Positions 26,570-39,823 of a stretch of 64,000 bases of DNA are shown here, piece by piece. Within the stretch, counting starts at the first letter, position 1, and each line of letters begins with the position of its first letter. A model generated the notes under the pieces. That model searched no databases, was not told the origin of the DNA, and worked only from the letters and a program-made list of their open reading frames with translations. The position numbers and the translations under genes are program-made. This DNA comes from Balanoglossus misakiensis (Eukaryota; Animalia; Hemichordata), in contig CM082582.2 in NCBI GenBank assembly GCA_040954595.2, positions 4,448,303-4,512,302 of the forward strand, in the 5' to 3' direction.

Positions 26570-27570
26570 TTGCATGATTCTTATGTTGCTAATATGCTTA
26601 TGCGTTTCGTCTTTGGGTATTAGTTTGTTTCTTCATGTAGTTACATGTATATAGAAGCGAGATTGTCTGTGTTCCCCGCAACACGTGGACAGGGCAGATG
26701 GGGGTCAAGAAACGTCACCCTTTGAGGCTTCGTCAAGGAAGCCCTACACATATACACACCGTTCTTCAAGACACAGGAAGTGGGTCAGGTGCCGTGACAG
26801 GCCATGAAAAGGTGTCAAACCTCACGCGAAGCGTTGATCAACACACGAAGATCGGGCTTTGATATTGCCCAGGCACCATCAACCCTTCGATTTGCACCTC
26901 GTCCGTGAGCGACAGAGAATACTCGCCAACAACAGGTGGATTTTGCCAGCTTATGCAACCACAAACTTTGTGACCGTTTGTTTTCAAACTATTTCGACTT
27001 ATGATAATTTCATGTATAAGTACTCTGCATGTTTCCATAACTTTTATTGGACGTTCTGATTATTACATCGACAAATAACCATGAACCTCATGAAGGAGGG
27101 GGTAATTTTACTAACGTTTGAAAATTGAAAAATCTCGTTGCATGTATCTCATGTTGCTAATTATGCTTACACGTTACGTCTCTTCAATCTTCCCTCTTCT
27201 GTCTATGCTTTTGTTGAAGCTATTGTATACCAGTATGTCCCCCACAGTCCGGACTGTGGTTCCTCGCAACACGTGGAGATGAAACGTCACTCGAGGCTTC
27301 GTGAAAGAAGCCCTACGCGTGTACATTGTACACGAACGTTTATCAAGAGACAGGAAGCGGGCCAGGTGCGGCTGGGTGCCGCAACACACCAAGGAAAGGT
27401 GTCAAAAACTCCCGCGAAGCTTTGATCACGGTCACTCCGCACAAGAGGACCGGGCTTTGATGTTGCTCCGGCCGAGAACTGCGCCCCGACATTCTCGGTA
27501 CTCCACCCTCCTACTTCTCCTTTGTCCGTGGCCGACCGATAACACCAACCAACCACCTGTAGAGTTTGCC
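26570..27570. repeat. Diverged tandem duplicate (~26570-27000 vs ~27138-27570)
   Basis: Shared ordered blocks ATGTTGCTAAT, CGCAACACGTGGA, GAAACGTCAC, GAGGCTTCGT..GAAGCCCTAC, AAGGTGTCAAA and CGGGCTTTGAT. Confidence 0.7.
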
Positions 27571-28451
27571 GGCTTATGATTGATACAATGTACAACCAAA
27601 TGAAAACCCAGACTTCGAGTCTGTATACATACTTTCATTCAAAATGCAAAGGGAAAAAAATTCAAAACTTTCGTACGCCTTTGGAGAATCAATACTACCG
27701 AATTCGAAACTCTGGTTTCCACAAATGCTTACTACTCCATGCTATTTCTAGCTGTGTGAGTTTCGATTACAGTATATTCCCATGTAGTCTCGCTCCCAGA
27801 CCTCGCCGATTCGCTGGTGCGCCACTGGTGGTCTGGCTATAGGCGAGGAGTGCAGCGACGCGACAAGACCTGGATTGTATTTATTATATGAAATAATGAA
27901 GCCAATAGACTTGGAGCAAGTCTAGGTGGATGTACCAAATTCAAAGTGTGACTTTCTAAGACAAATATGATGTTATTGAAGGGGCTGTGATTGACGCGAT
28001 CCCAAGAAATCCATGTTTATTGATATTAGTTAATCGTCCGCGGCAGATTATTTCCAAGAAGTTCTGTTTACAAAAAACACATAAATATGTAAATGTGACT
28101 TTTTAGCTTTGGTTATAAATAATGGGTTCGTTTGGTCAATCTGGTGCATTTATTGTGACCGTCTGTACGCAGCAACACGTTCACATTGTTCAGCATCGAC
28201 GGGTAAGTACCAGACCAACATATGTAGTATCCCGCCACATGGCTCTTGTAGTTTCTAGTCTGGAACGACAGGCAGATTGTCTATGCATTGGGGTACCATT
28301 ATCTCAATGCTAGAACTAAACTGCACCAACATTTTCTCGTGCTCGACTGTCTTGTTACTGCAACTCGAAATCGAATTAAGAGTCAATTTCATATTTTTTT
28401 CTCCACAGATTATTTGCTGTCGCTTGACCTCTGCCATCGAAGAAGTGAAAT

Positions 28452-31400
28452 ATGGAGAAAACAGGTAAGATGGGTTTCTTCAAATAGTTTTCGCCTCAAA
28501 AAGTATACCTGTAACAGTCCAAGTCGACTTTGGTTCAAACTAGCTGCGCTTCTATAGCTCCCATTTAGTTTCCTGAACTTTTCTGAATTTTTGTTTTCAG
28601 ATTACGAATACATCGTCATCGGGGCGGGTCCCGCCGGTGTCCAGATGGCCTACTGCATGGAGAAGGCCGGAAAAGATTACATCGTCTTGGAGAAGAACGA
28701 CAGCGTTGGTTCCTTCTATCAGACGTACCCGCGCCATCGCACTCTGATCTCAATCAACAAGAAACACAACTACTTCAAGGAGAGAGAATTCAATCTCCGC
28801 CATGATTGGAATTCTCTGGTCTGTGACGAAGACGACATCTCTTTCTGTAATTATTCAGACGATCTGTTCCCAGATGCAGGCCTTTTAGTCGAGTAAGTTT
28901 TTTTCCTTTGTCAAGAAATATTTAGAATGTTGGTAACAAAATATCCATGGCCCACAAATTGCACAATGCAAAATTCTCATTTTCTCAAAGAGTTACACAC
29001 TCGTGGGTTGCATCAGATTATGACGAATACCGGTGTAATTTAATTCATGGGTGGTCCTGTCATTTTTCAGTTATTTACGTGACTTTGCCAAGAAGTTCAA
29101 TCTGAAGGTGCGTCTCAACACAAACATAGTCAAGGTCAACAGAGAAGCCGTCCAGGACAGAAGACACCCGTCACGTTTCACCATCACCGACCAGAACGGG
29201 AAAATATTCACCTGTAAAGTTCTGGTTGTTGGCACCGGTCCAGCTCTGCCCAATGTCCCGGATATTGAAGGCATCGAGGTGGCGGACACCTATCAAGAAC
29301 ATAGTCTGGATTTGAAGGAGTATGAAAACAAGAAGGTTTTGATTCTTGGAGGCGGAAACAGCGCCTTTGAGGTAAGTTATCTTCCCTCATAGTGGGAAAG
29401 GTTTTGTGCGATCCACAGAGGTGACAAAGATGCTATGTTCTGACCACAATTGTCCACAGGATTGCCCAAACAAAACTGTCAGGAAACTAGCAAAATGTCA
29501 CGTACTGATTTTCTGTTTACAGTAAGTCACTGGGATATAAATATTTGATCAGTAAAAAAAATCGTTGATTTAAAAACGTCTACTTTTGCCTCGGAACTAT
29601 ACCATGCTAATGACGCATGCGATTTCATGCCAGAATTATTAAAATCATTCAGCTATATGTTTTAAATACGTGATATGTATTTCAACTTGCAGTGTGCAGA
29701 TTACTTAGCCGGCAGTGCTGCAATAATTCACATGTGCACGCGCACACCCGTCAAGTTGGCGTGGGACACTCACTTCGTGGGTCATCTGAGAGCCGTCAAC
29801 AACAACGTCCTCGACATGTACCACCTGAAATCGCTCCACGCTCTCCGCCAGTGCGACACCAAGAAGTTTGTCAGGGAGGAAGACGGCACAATCACGCAGA
29901 CCTTCGAGATGGAATTGCCCCACTGGGACCCACCAGGCACGGCAACTTTCACCAGCAAGGGCTACGACAAAGTCATTCTGGCAACAGGATGGAAGTTCAT
30001 CAATATTGACATGTTTGACGAAACTTGTAAACCAGGTAAGTCAGTCTCACATGGCCGATTGGTGGCGCTGTGGTCATTGCATCGTCCCCCACCCCCGTAG
30101 TAATCCTCGAAATTGTGGAGCTCAGAAATTTTTGTTCATGAATGGACGATAATTTACTTGTTCTGGAAATTAGACATCTATAAACACATGTGAAGTTTCA
30201 AGAGATGATAATTTGCAATATTTGGAGAAGATACTATGCAAGTGATTTGAAAAAAAAATACGATTTTTCCATCAATCCAATCTCGTCTTATAACTCATGT
30301 GATAAAACCTTTGATCGTAACACACATTGATTGATGGTAATTCTTGATCTCCATTTCTGCTAGAAACCCACACCGATGGTCGATATGTCGTCCTCGACGA
30401 ACACTGGCAGTCGACCGTTCCCGATCTCTACTTCATCGGCACAGTTATGCAGTCACGTGATCGAAGAGCCGCCTCCGGTTTCATCCACGGCTTCCGATAC
30501 AACGTCAAGACTTTGAGCGGCATGCTTGGCGCCCGCTACGACGACGACGAGCTGCCGAAGAAGACTTTCAAATCACTTGACGCTGGAGAACTTTCCAAGT
30601 TTATGATTGGTACGTTTTTACTTCGACCCTGGGAGACAAAATTTACTGAGCGTTACATTTTTGGTTTGACATTTTTTTCATTGACCACAAAGACCCACTG
30701 CATCTGAAGCTGTTTGTATAGAATCTACGAAAGCGATCGTGGTCAAGTGGTCGGCGACTTTTTACCAGAAACATCTGTCGTCTCAGTTAAATCTTGACTC
30801 ATTTTTCGCAGTTTCATTCTCCATGTATCACGTTTCCTTCCCTCGGTTTGACGGTGTACTTATCATTGCGTCATTTTGTTTTCAGAACGTGTGAGCACAA
30901 CATCCGCTTTGTACCAGATGGGACAGGGCTACCTGTGTGACGTCATGGTTCTCAAACCAGAAGCAGGCGACACAGCAAGTAAGTAATAAAGCGGACATAT
31001 CGTTTCCGCCAATCAGCGCAGCTGTTACGTTTGACCACATATTGTGTGATCTTATACATCGAAAGAAACGGCTTCTTTTCACTTTACATATTAAGCGTCC
31101 ATCCCAGACAGGAAACTATTGAAACTAAAATTGTATCGAAATGCCCTAATTATTTTCAGGGGGTGAAGAGAAGATGGTCGGAACAGCGGAATATTATTAT
31201 GAGCTACCCCAGGAATGGGTTTTGAAGAATGATTATTTCATGAGTCAAGAGAACGTCTTTATTGTTACAATTGAAGATAATCACCATAGGTAAGTTTATC
31301 CCAAAATTGAATCCGAATTTTGCATTTGAATGATAAAACGGAAAATTCTGACTACAAAGCATAGCGACATAATGTTCAGTCACTTGTTAATTGACCCAAA

Positions 31401-32110
31401 GAGAAAAATCATTTAAAGTTAAGGTGCACGAATTTGTGTCACTTATATTTCGTTTGGCGTCCCTTCAAAATACAAGACAATGTACACCGGTTTTGAGGAG
31501 CAATTCTATTTTCATGTGTCTACGTCTACAGACAAATGACCACCATAATTTTGTTTCTCTTCTCAGCTTTCCTAAAATGAGCGTGACCGAATTCTTCAAA
31601 CCAGGCGACATGAACCCACGTGACTGCAAATGTACAGCCTTCCCCCAGGGGGTCTACTCCTCGTACAAACGCGGCGTCCTCCAAGAACGACTTCACCTGG
31701 GCGGTTCGTTGGTGGTCAGAGCAGACAAGGGGATCTTTGTTGGCGACAACAATCCGGACAGGTTCACCAATAAACTCAAGAATCTACTACATAGACAGGT
31801 ATGTTCACAATGAATATACACCTTGCGCTTCACAATGGACTGCGCGATTTTCACGCATTTTGACCATAATCAAACAGACGGCACAGTTTTCAAATTAGTA
31901 CATGTGCACATGCTAATTTTGGCGCTCCTTTGTCCTTTCCACCATCAGATCGGCCTTGGACGTGGCGACCACTTCGAGAGACTCTTCCCACAGGAAGAAT
32001 GGGAGAAGAATTACAGACCTTGGACTCCAGAAGAGATCGCAGACAAACGCAAAGTGGAACTGGCCGGCAAGATGGTGAAATCGGAATGTAGACTCGGTTT
32101 AGTGGAATGA
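28452..32110 (+). CDS. FOXRED2-like FAD-dependent oxidoreductase, paralogue B (~603 aa, 9 coding exons)
   Basis: Exons 28452-28464, 28601-28892, 29071-29371, 29693-30035, 30364-30609, 30886-30978, 31160-31289, 31567-31798 and 31949-32110. Total 1812 nt, in frame. Same motifs as paralogue A. Confidence 0.9.
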
Positions 32111-32475
32111 TCAAACCGGATATTGAACTTGGCACTTGCATTTGTGTTGGTAGGAATAACACACGCGCGAAGGAAACTTTCGGCGAACTTTAAATTTGTG
32201 AAGTTTCGTAGTAGTTTCTCTTCATTTGTATAAGGAGTACTAATTTATTTACTGACGTCGCGATGAAGTTCTACTATTTTTGACTTGTCGGGCCAACCGG
32301 TAGAACGGTATAAATCTGAACGGTCATCAATATATTGCGAATTTGATTTTCTGAGTTTCTTTGTAAGGCACTTCTGATTCAGTAATAAAAGTTCTGAAAT
32401 AGGATTTGTTTGTTTGTTTGTTTGTGAGTTTGTTTGTGTGAACTCGACTGGGTGTCATTGTCAACTACTGCAACA

Positions 32476-32717
32476 TGGATAAACCATAATAACAGTCCCA
32501 TGGCAAATTAACAGTAAACTCGGGTGGCGTCATTTAAGATATTGGACAAACATATTTATGCCATGCGCTCCCGTAACATAACGTCCCTAGGGCGCAATAT
32601 ACATAGGGACGTTATGTTACGGGAGTGCATGGCATAAATATGTTTGTCCAATATCTTTAATGACGCCACCCGAGTTTACTGTTAATTTGCCATGGGACTG
32701 TTATTATGGTTTATCCA
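32476..32717. mobile_element. Near-perfect ~240-bp palindrome (MITE)
   Basis: TGGATAAACCATAATAACAGTCCCATGGC...GCCATGGGACTGTTATTATGGTTTATCCA, with arms of ~110 bp. Confidence 0.75.
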
Positions 32718-33710
32718 ATCAGACCGACACGGACCAACCCAAAACTATGTGTGGCTAGTTGTCTGTCTGTCTGTCTGTCTGCCTATCTGTCGGTAGGCAA
32801 CTTGCAGAACTCGACTATGTGGTTTCCCTATTTGCATGTATCCAAATTTGTTAAGGAGTGTGAAAACGGTGCTGAGGCATACGAAGTTGGGGATGAAACC
32901 CATGGATTTCAGAGTTGCATACTCTCCGGTACCTATGTGGCCAGATTCTATGAACTGGTGCGTGCATTCTTTTTCAGTAGTTTCAATGACAAACAATCTG
33001 ACAAAGAATCACAGAAACAAACAAACAAACAAACAAACACAGACAGACAGACAGATACACACACACATATACACGATTCTGTCTCGTGAGACAGTGATGT
33101 TTTTCCTGTCGCGTTTTACGTTGTGACTTTGTGAAGTATATGTACACGTAAGTTTGTAACGTTTGACGAAAGAAATAAGTATATATTAATTCCATGACAA
33201 CATATCGATCGATGCAATAATCAATAGGTTTAATCCCCAAAAGATAATACCAATATCAACGATAGCCACCCGAGACGGTGCCATATTCAGAAGTCGTCTT
33301 TGCAATACCGTTATGCTACAGAGAAAGATCAAAAGGCTCAAAAATCCTAATCTATTGTCATTTTATTTCATGCATGTACCGCAGTGTTACCGCGAATGAT
33401 GTCCACCTTCCCTGTTGAGTTTCAGTGAAGGCTGATTCACTGTGGAAATCGGGGTCCACAGTCATCACAGTCGGTTCCAAAATCGCAGACGCTGTACAGC
33501 GAATTGGCTCCACCGTCATCACATTCGCCATCTCCACGGTAACGACACGTATTCGAACACAATAAGTTGATATCAAATGACGTCAGACGCGCTCAGGCGG
33601 CAGTTACGTTCGCATTCAAATTTCCAGATGACGGGCAACTTCAGCAACGTGGACTTACGTGGTGCTGGCAAAGACTGTGCAGATACATGTTATGTGTTTG
33701 GCGGCACTAA

Positions 33711-34280
33711 TAAGAACCTTGGTGATTTCGGAGAGATAAATTACGATAATTGTTAATTCTCAATGAGAAATTATCATCACATCGACTGAAAATAAGACTT
33801 TGTAAGCTAGAACCTTGAAAAACTTTGACTTTGTAGGCTGTTTAACGTAAGAACCGCGATTTTTCGGTAAGAACCACGATTTTTCGGTAAGAACCACGGC
33901 TATGCATGAAACTGCCTATCTAAGAACCTTGATGATATGAGAGCGCTATGGAGCGGTAATTCTTAATTTTTAATGAGAAATTATCATCGCATAGACTAAA
34001 ATTAAGACTTTGTAAGCTAGAACCTTGAAAATGTTTGACTTTATAGGCTGTATAACGTAAGAACCACGATTTTTCGATACGAACCACGGCTATGCATGAA
34101 ACTGCCTATCTAAGAACCTTGATAATATGAGAGAGCTATAGAGCGGTAATTAATGTTAAATGAGAAACTATCATCGCATCGACTAAAATTAAGACTTTGT
34201 AAGTTAGAACCTTGAACATTTTTGACTTTGTATGCTGTATAACGTAAGAACCACGGCTATGCATGAAAATGCCTATTTTT
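33711..34280. repeat. Tandem repeat, ~3 units of 190-210 bp
   Basis: TAAGAACCTTG recurs at 33711, 33921 and 34111, with internal GTAAGAACCACGATTTTTCG sub-repeats. Confidence 0.85.
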
Positions 34281-34561
34281 AAATGTAAAAGATCACTCGG
34301 AAAAACTTTTACTTGATGTTGAAATATTGCTTGCCCGTCATCTGAAAATGACAACGCCGTGGGGCACATGGCCAGATCACGTGATTGATAGTAAAGAATA
34401 GGGGATTATCTAAACGAAAGATAACTTGCTTGAATGTAACGATGCTAAGATGTATACTGTCTGTTTCTGGTTAATGTTTGACAACTTACTCTTCATTTAT
34501 TCGCAGACAGGCCAAAACAGGTATAAAATTGTAGTGTGGTTGTTATTGCATTTTTTCTTAC

Positions 34562-34846
34562 CTTCTGAATAACAGTACACGTCATACTGATCGCTTGTAG
34601 GTTTGAATCCCCAATCAATGACGCCTATTCTGTTTCCACAGTTACCGTCCTTTCTTTGCATGGGATATGCAACACGTCCACCTTCTAACCATCCACCCCG
34701 ACATTCTTCCAGACCTTGGCCCCAAGCTTCTACCAATTCATCGTACGTTGCTAGGCGTGCTTGGTTATTTGTGCACGCAGTCATAGCCGAGTCGTAGTTC
34801 AAGGAGTATCTACCACCGGCGCCAACAACGAGGAACACTTTTATTA
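34562..34846 (-). CDS. Link (Xlink) module exon 2
   Basis: GRYSLNYDSAMTAC...ARLATYDEL...CRGGWL...YPM...CG...YDVYCY. Symmetric phase-1 exon of 285 nt. Confidence 0.9.
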
Positions 34847-35343
34847 CTGGAAAATAAACCACACTTGACTGCTTTAAAATCATTCTATTCTGCACACTAA
34901 CAGAGGAAATTCGAGGCTGTAAATGGAAATAATTTAAATATTTGTGTTGAACGTCACTTCGTCAAATATGCTTAATTGTCCTTTTCTGTCTCTCTGTCTG
35001 TATCTCTCTGTGTGTGTCTCTCTCTGTGTCTCTCTCTGATATGTGTTGCTAAAACGAAACTTGTTTCCAATAAAAATCACCAAAAGATCAAAATGCATTT
35101 CCCCTTCAAAGCTGCTGCATATTGTTGACCATCTAGGACAAGGAAATAGATCATTTCCGTCGATAACACTTGTGACAATAAATTGTACACCTTCCTTTGT
35201 GAAGCACTAAATCTCAAGTAATCAGACATAAAGCAGTCATTAAGTTAACTGGTTCAGCTAATGCTCTATTTCATTCATGTCAAACGACACTCAATTCATG
35301 ACAACACACTGAATGTGAAATGCAAGCCTGCAACATTTCCCAC

Positions 35344-35628
35344 CTTCTGGATAACAGTACACGTCATACTGCTCGTCTGGGGATTTGAATCCCCAATCAA
35401 TGACTCCTATTCTGTTTCCACAGTCACCGTCCTTTCTTTGCATGGGGTATGCAACACGTCGACCAACCAACCAGCCACCACGACACTCTTCCAGACCTTG
35501 GCCCCAAGCTTCTACCAGCTCATCGTAGCTTGCCATGCGTGCGTTGATAGAACTGCACGCACTCACGGCCTCGAAGAAGTCCAAGGTGTACCTTCCACCG
35601 GCGCCTACAACGTGGAACACTGCTGCGG
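35344..35628 (-). CDS. Link (Xlink) module exon 1
   Basis: GRYTLDFFEAVSAC...CRGGWL...YPM...YDVYCY. Phase-1 exon of 285 nt, a close duplicate of exon 2. Confidence 0.9.
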
Positions 35629-36700
35629 CTGTACGAAATTTGGCACAAAGAAAAAATGAACAGTGTAAAAAAATGGTGATGTATTTAGTTTTGTTCACTT
35701 TTCGTCACTAATGTTTTAAGTTAGCATCTGTTATGGCTACATACATGTATTCAATTTCAACATTGTGTCACATTTTGGTAGGAGGTGCACGTCCATTCAT
35801 GTCCCCAAACATTATATGTGTTCACATCCTCCATCTCAGTAGTCTCAGTCATGTCAAATGGACAAACGAATCTAAAATTTGGCGTTTCACTTGGCCTCAT
35901 TAATTATGCGAACGTCTGGTTACACACCAACCGGTAGAGCTGCAGCGGGGTATAATTTGGTGGAGAGCGAGAAGTGAGGAAGAAATTGTTTGTTTGTTTG
36001 TTTGTTTGTTTGTTTGTGGTGGTGGAGGTTTTAGGGAACGATACATTCTTCATGGTGGTGACTGATTTCTGCTGGAACCAATTGTGTATCAACTCACCCG
36101 GAATGTTGAGAAGTTTATTCGGTGTTGATGAGCTGTCAGACAGGCGGGACAGGTCAATTTTCCCTGTTTGGGCAGCGTCCACTGAACAATCTGTTCAGCA
36201 ACGTCGTTTGTGTGAGAGACGAGTCCTGTTGAAGCAGCAGGGCTGCAACACCTTTAGGAAACAAAGAGAACAATATAACAGAAACGGTAGAAGACATGAT
36301 TCCTTCAACTCTGTCGACATGAATTGGGATTGGCAGAAGATTGTAAGGCAATCACCGTCTCTTATATAGAGATCATTGAAGTACTGTTTTTTTAAAGAAT
36401 CATTACAACAGATTCATATAACCACAAACCACTGATATAATTCCCCCCAGCTGCAGTTTGCCCATTTCTAATTCTGAGATTACCGGATTCGATTAAATAA
36501 ATAATTCACATTTTCATGTGTATATTTGATCCGTTCATCATTGTGTTAATAATTATGATTTACTCCAGCCTGCTTAATTTAAATTTACATATACATGTAT
36601 TTTCTTAGAACGGGCCCTCAGAATACATCAAGACCCTCAGAATATATCAAGGCACTCTTACCAGCAACATGGGGAGTTGCCATTGAGGTTCCACTCTTAA

Positions 36701-37091
36701 GGATGTACGTTCAGTAAAATTGAAAGTATTGTCATTTTTTTTAATTGTGGATTTTTGGATTCTCCTTTGTATGTATAATGAAAATCCGCGCTTGTTTTTG
36801 AAATACAAAGCCATGAATTTAGTCGATAATAGAAGAAAACTGCTGAGTCAGCATTTTTCACCAATGGTTTGTCTATGGGCAAAATTTTTGACGCGATTTA
36901 TCTCAAAATAGAGCGCGGTGACCCCTATATTTTATTTGACCAATGAATTTATATTTGCTGGACTGAGCTATGTGTAAAATTTCGTGAAAATGACAATAGT
37001 AGAAGTTTGTTTTCTATCAATTTTCAATGTAATCCTATGGGAAAAAGACCGGGCGCGCACTGTTTCCGGTTTATGTTCTGCGCGTACATCC
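36701..37091. mobile_element. Kolobok-like MITE with TTAA TSD, inside the subtilisin Ser exon
   Basis: TTAA|GGATGTACG...CGTACATCC|TTAA. Removing it restores ACC ATT AAG AGT GGA ACC TCA ATG. Confidence 0.85.
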
Positions 37092-37130
37092 TTAATGGTG
37101 TAGCCGTCGTCTGAATTCTCCCGACCTTAA

Positions 37131-37460
37131 ATAGGTTTTGGCTACCTAGGTGGGTGATAAAAATATCACATGGTCGACACAATTTCAAGATGGCCGATTT
37201 TTGCCATGTTTAAGGAATAGGAGTTCATAAGCTAAAGTGATGATGGGTCATTCTGAAACTTTTTAATAGAAAAAATAACAAAATGTGAAATTTTTTTAAT
37301 GAGTTTAATATGGTAACTACAAAGACAGACATGTTTGACCCAAGGAAGTCATGAAGTACAGTAAACATATCATTTCTTCTATCTCTTACTACAGTGGGTT
37401 GTCGACTTTTCGACCAGAATGCAATGGGATTTGACCCCCTAGCGCAAAGTGAAAACCTAT
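37131..37460. mobile_element. Second TTAA-flanked TIR element in the same exon
   Basis: CCTTAA|ATAGGTTTT...AAAACCTAT|TTAAGG. Exact ends are ambiguous by a few bp. Confidence 0.75.
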
Positions 37461-37633
37461 TTAAGGTACGAAGCACTTCTGACGTCACTTCCGGAGGCCA
37501 GAATATTGACGCAGCTGCCGTAATTAGAGTACCCAGCAAAAGCATCATTGGATTCGGTAGCTCCCACTGTAATTGACTGTGACATACAGAAACATTTGGT
37601 AACTATCAGCCTGTTGTGTTTTAGTCTGCCAAT

Positions 37634-37735
37634 CAATCTGATTAAAATCAGATGTAGGGAACGGCGACGAGGTTTTTTGGCGACAGCAGAAAAAAACCAC
37701 GTCGCCGTTCCCTACATCTGATTTTAATCAGATTG
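37634..37735. mobile_element. Hairpin MITE with a 9-bp TSD (Mutator-like)
   Basis: TSD TCTGCCAAT on both sides. TIR CAATCTGATTAAAATCAGATGTAGGGAACGGCGACG. Confidence 0.85.
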
Positions 37736-38275
37736 TCTGCCAATGTACTATACAGAGAGTGGGACAATGGAAGTTAGTAGTATGATTTCAGAGACCAATG
37801 CATTGTAACTTCCATAATATGCTTAAAGTATATTACCAATGTCGCAATTGTCGTATTCAGCCACTATAAGATGGAAATTCAGTTCAAGTTATCAAAGTCT
37901 GGGTGATACATTTGGTAAGTGAAATACAAACAGCTATTGAGGCGTTAACGCCTGGCTATTGTTCTCCGCGTGGAATCCTGATACATAAAGTATCTATACT
38001 AATTCTTTTTCATGTACATGCACTTCAAAAGACATACCTCAGGAGCCGATGCAGGTGACCTGTTGCAGGCGTCCTGGTCCTTGTTGCCAGCAGAAACGAC
38101 TACAATGTACCCGGCATCGGTTAACCGCTTGACTGCCAAATTCGAAGACGACGAGTAGCCACTGCTGAGCGACATGGAGACCACTCCTGGTCTTAGATTG
38201 GAAGCAGCGACTGCGTCCATGGCTGGAGGGACAAGAAATGAGAACCCAGATGTTGTGGGTGTCTATTAATTTTGA

Positions 38276-38427
38276 AGGGACAAAGTCTGTCTCTCGCTGC
38301 CCTTTTCCATTAATTATATTTGATACAAGACCCCGTTTATATTATTCTACATGTGAACGATGTGAACGGTGTCTTGTATCAAACATAATTAAAGGAAAAG
38401 GGCCTGCGAGAGATAGACTTTGTCCCT
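38276..38427. mobile_element. Hairpin MITE (same family as 159-480)
   Basis: AGGGACAAAGTC...GACTTTGTCCCT|TTAA. Confidence 0.75.
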
Positions 38428-39823
38428 TTAAAGTAGATGACTACCCTGATGCAGAGCGTGGCTATCACATTCCACAGCCTTACATGTGGAAGGTTGAGAA
38501 AACATTGTTACAATATTGTCATTTTCTTGAAATTTTCCAAAAAAGTGCCAAAGGAGGAATATTATTATAGTAATTAAATGATATAAAATAAACACTATGT
38601 CAGAGCTCTTGATTTTTTAATAGAGGTGTTCAGACATTTTCACTATAGGAAAATTATAGCATTAGGAGTGCTGACTCAATATTTGAGGACCCCTGACTGA
38701 AAAAAAGCATTTTTAGTAGATATTTTGGAACAGTTTTGTACCGATTTCACACAATACATTAGACTTTCTCCATGTCTTAGGGCTTCATTGTTTCATAATA
38801 AATACATTTTTAAAAATTTGTTCCGAATTCCTCATGTACCGTGTGTGGAGTAAAAGTCAGTGGGTGTGAGCGCGTATGTACTCTAAGGGAACGCGTAGGC
38901 TTGGTCGAAACCGTGAGCTCAGTCCAAAATTCGAAACTTAACTCACTACTAGTAACACGCTCAAAGCAAGCATGCACGCAAAAAGTAATGAATTTATTTA
39001 TTGAGACAAAAAAAAAACACTGCAAACACAAAAAGTATTGAGATTTAAAAATCACCAAGTGACTAGTAGTTAATAGGCTAGTCTAACTAAACATGTTATC
39101 TATATACCTTGTATTAAAACAATGAAAAAAAACAGTATTTAATTTTTCTTCATTATTTTGATGTACTAATTGAATACTAATTACGATGACTCGGTTTACC
39201 TGCAATAAGGCCGCTATTTGACCCATCACCAGTGCAATCCAAAACGCGACCAGAATACAGCGTAACACCAGGCGCAACACCAATACCATTCCCACCGATA
39301 GTTCCGGCACAGTGAGTACCATGTCCCTGACAGTCGTTTCCCTGGAAAACACACAGGATATCAAGGAAGATCATTGCATAAAACGCGAAATATAGTTAAT
39401 GTATCCTTGACACCAAAGTATATTCTCAAATATGAAACCAGGATTTATTTTCTTCTTTTTACTATAATGTCGTATTATCATCTATTTGAAACAGCAATGA
39501 CGTTATTTTTTTGCAGCACAAACATTATAATTACACTCTTTTACAACAAAGACATCAAGTTGAACCGGGTATATATTTAATATCACATTATTTCCTATCT
39601 TCAATTTAAAACTGGCATTTTTTCTACAAATGAACCGATAGACCGTGAAACAAATGATTCGGCTGAAATGGATGCACTATTCTCTTTTATGATCTTAGTT
39701 TATAACCGTGTCTCCTTTTGTATAGGACGTCCCTATCGGGGCAGAGGTTGTGTCTCTGTCTCTGGGTGGCGAAAATGTCACTTTCAATGACGTCATGATA
39801 GAAATGGGAGATGAGAGCATAAC

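Noticed and set aside
21826-32110. Idea that the flavoenzyme pair are halogenases or a biosynthetic cluster
   Set aside because: The sequence shows only FOXRED2-family motifs. No halogenase signature or partner enzymes are visible.
36098-36320. ATG-initiated frame with an in-frame TGA in C-*-T-D-C, suggesting a selenocysteine UxxC motif; also a signal-peptide-like MSSTVSVILFSLF and a nearby TATATAA
   Set aside because: Better explained as the frameshifted last subtilisin exon (HVA|GVAALLLQQ...TPNKLL). The hydrophobic stretch is the intron polypyrimidine tract.
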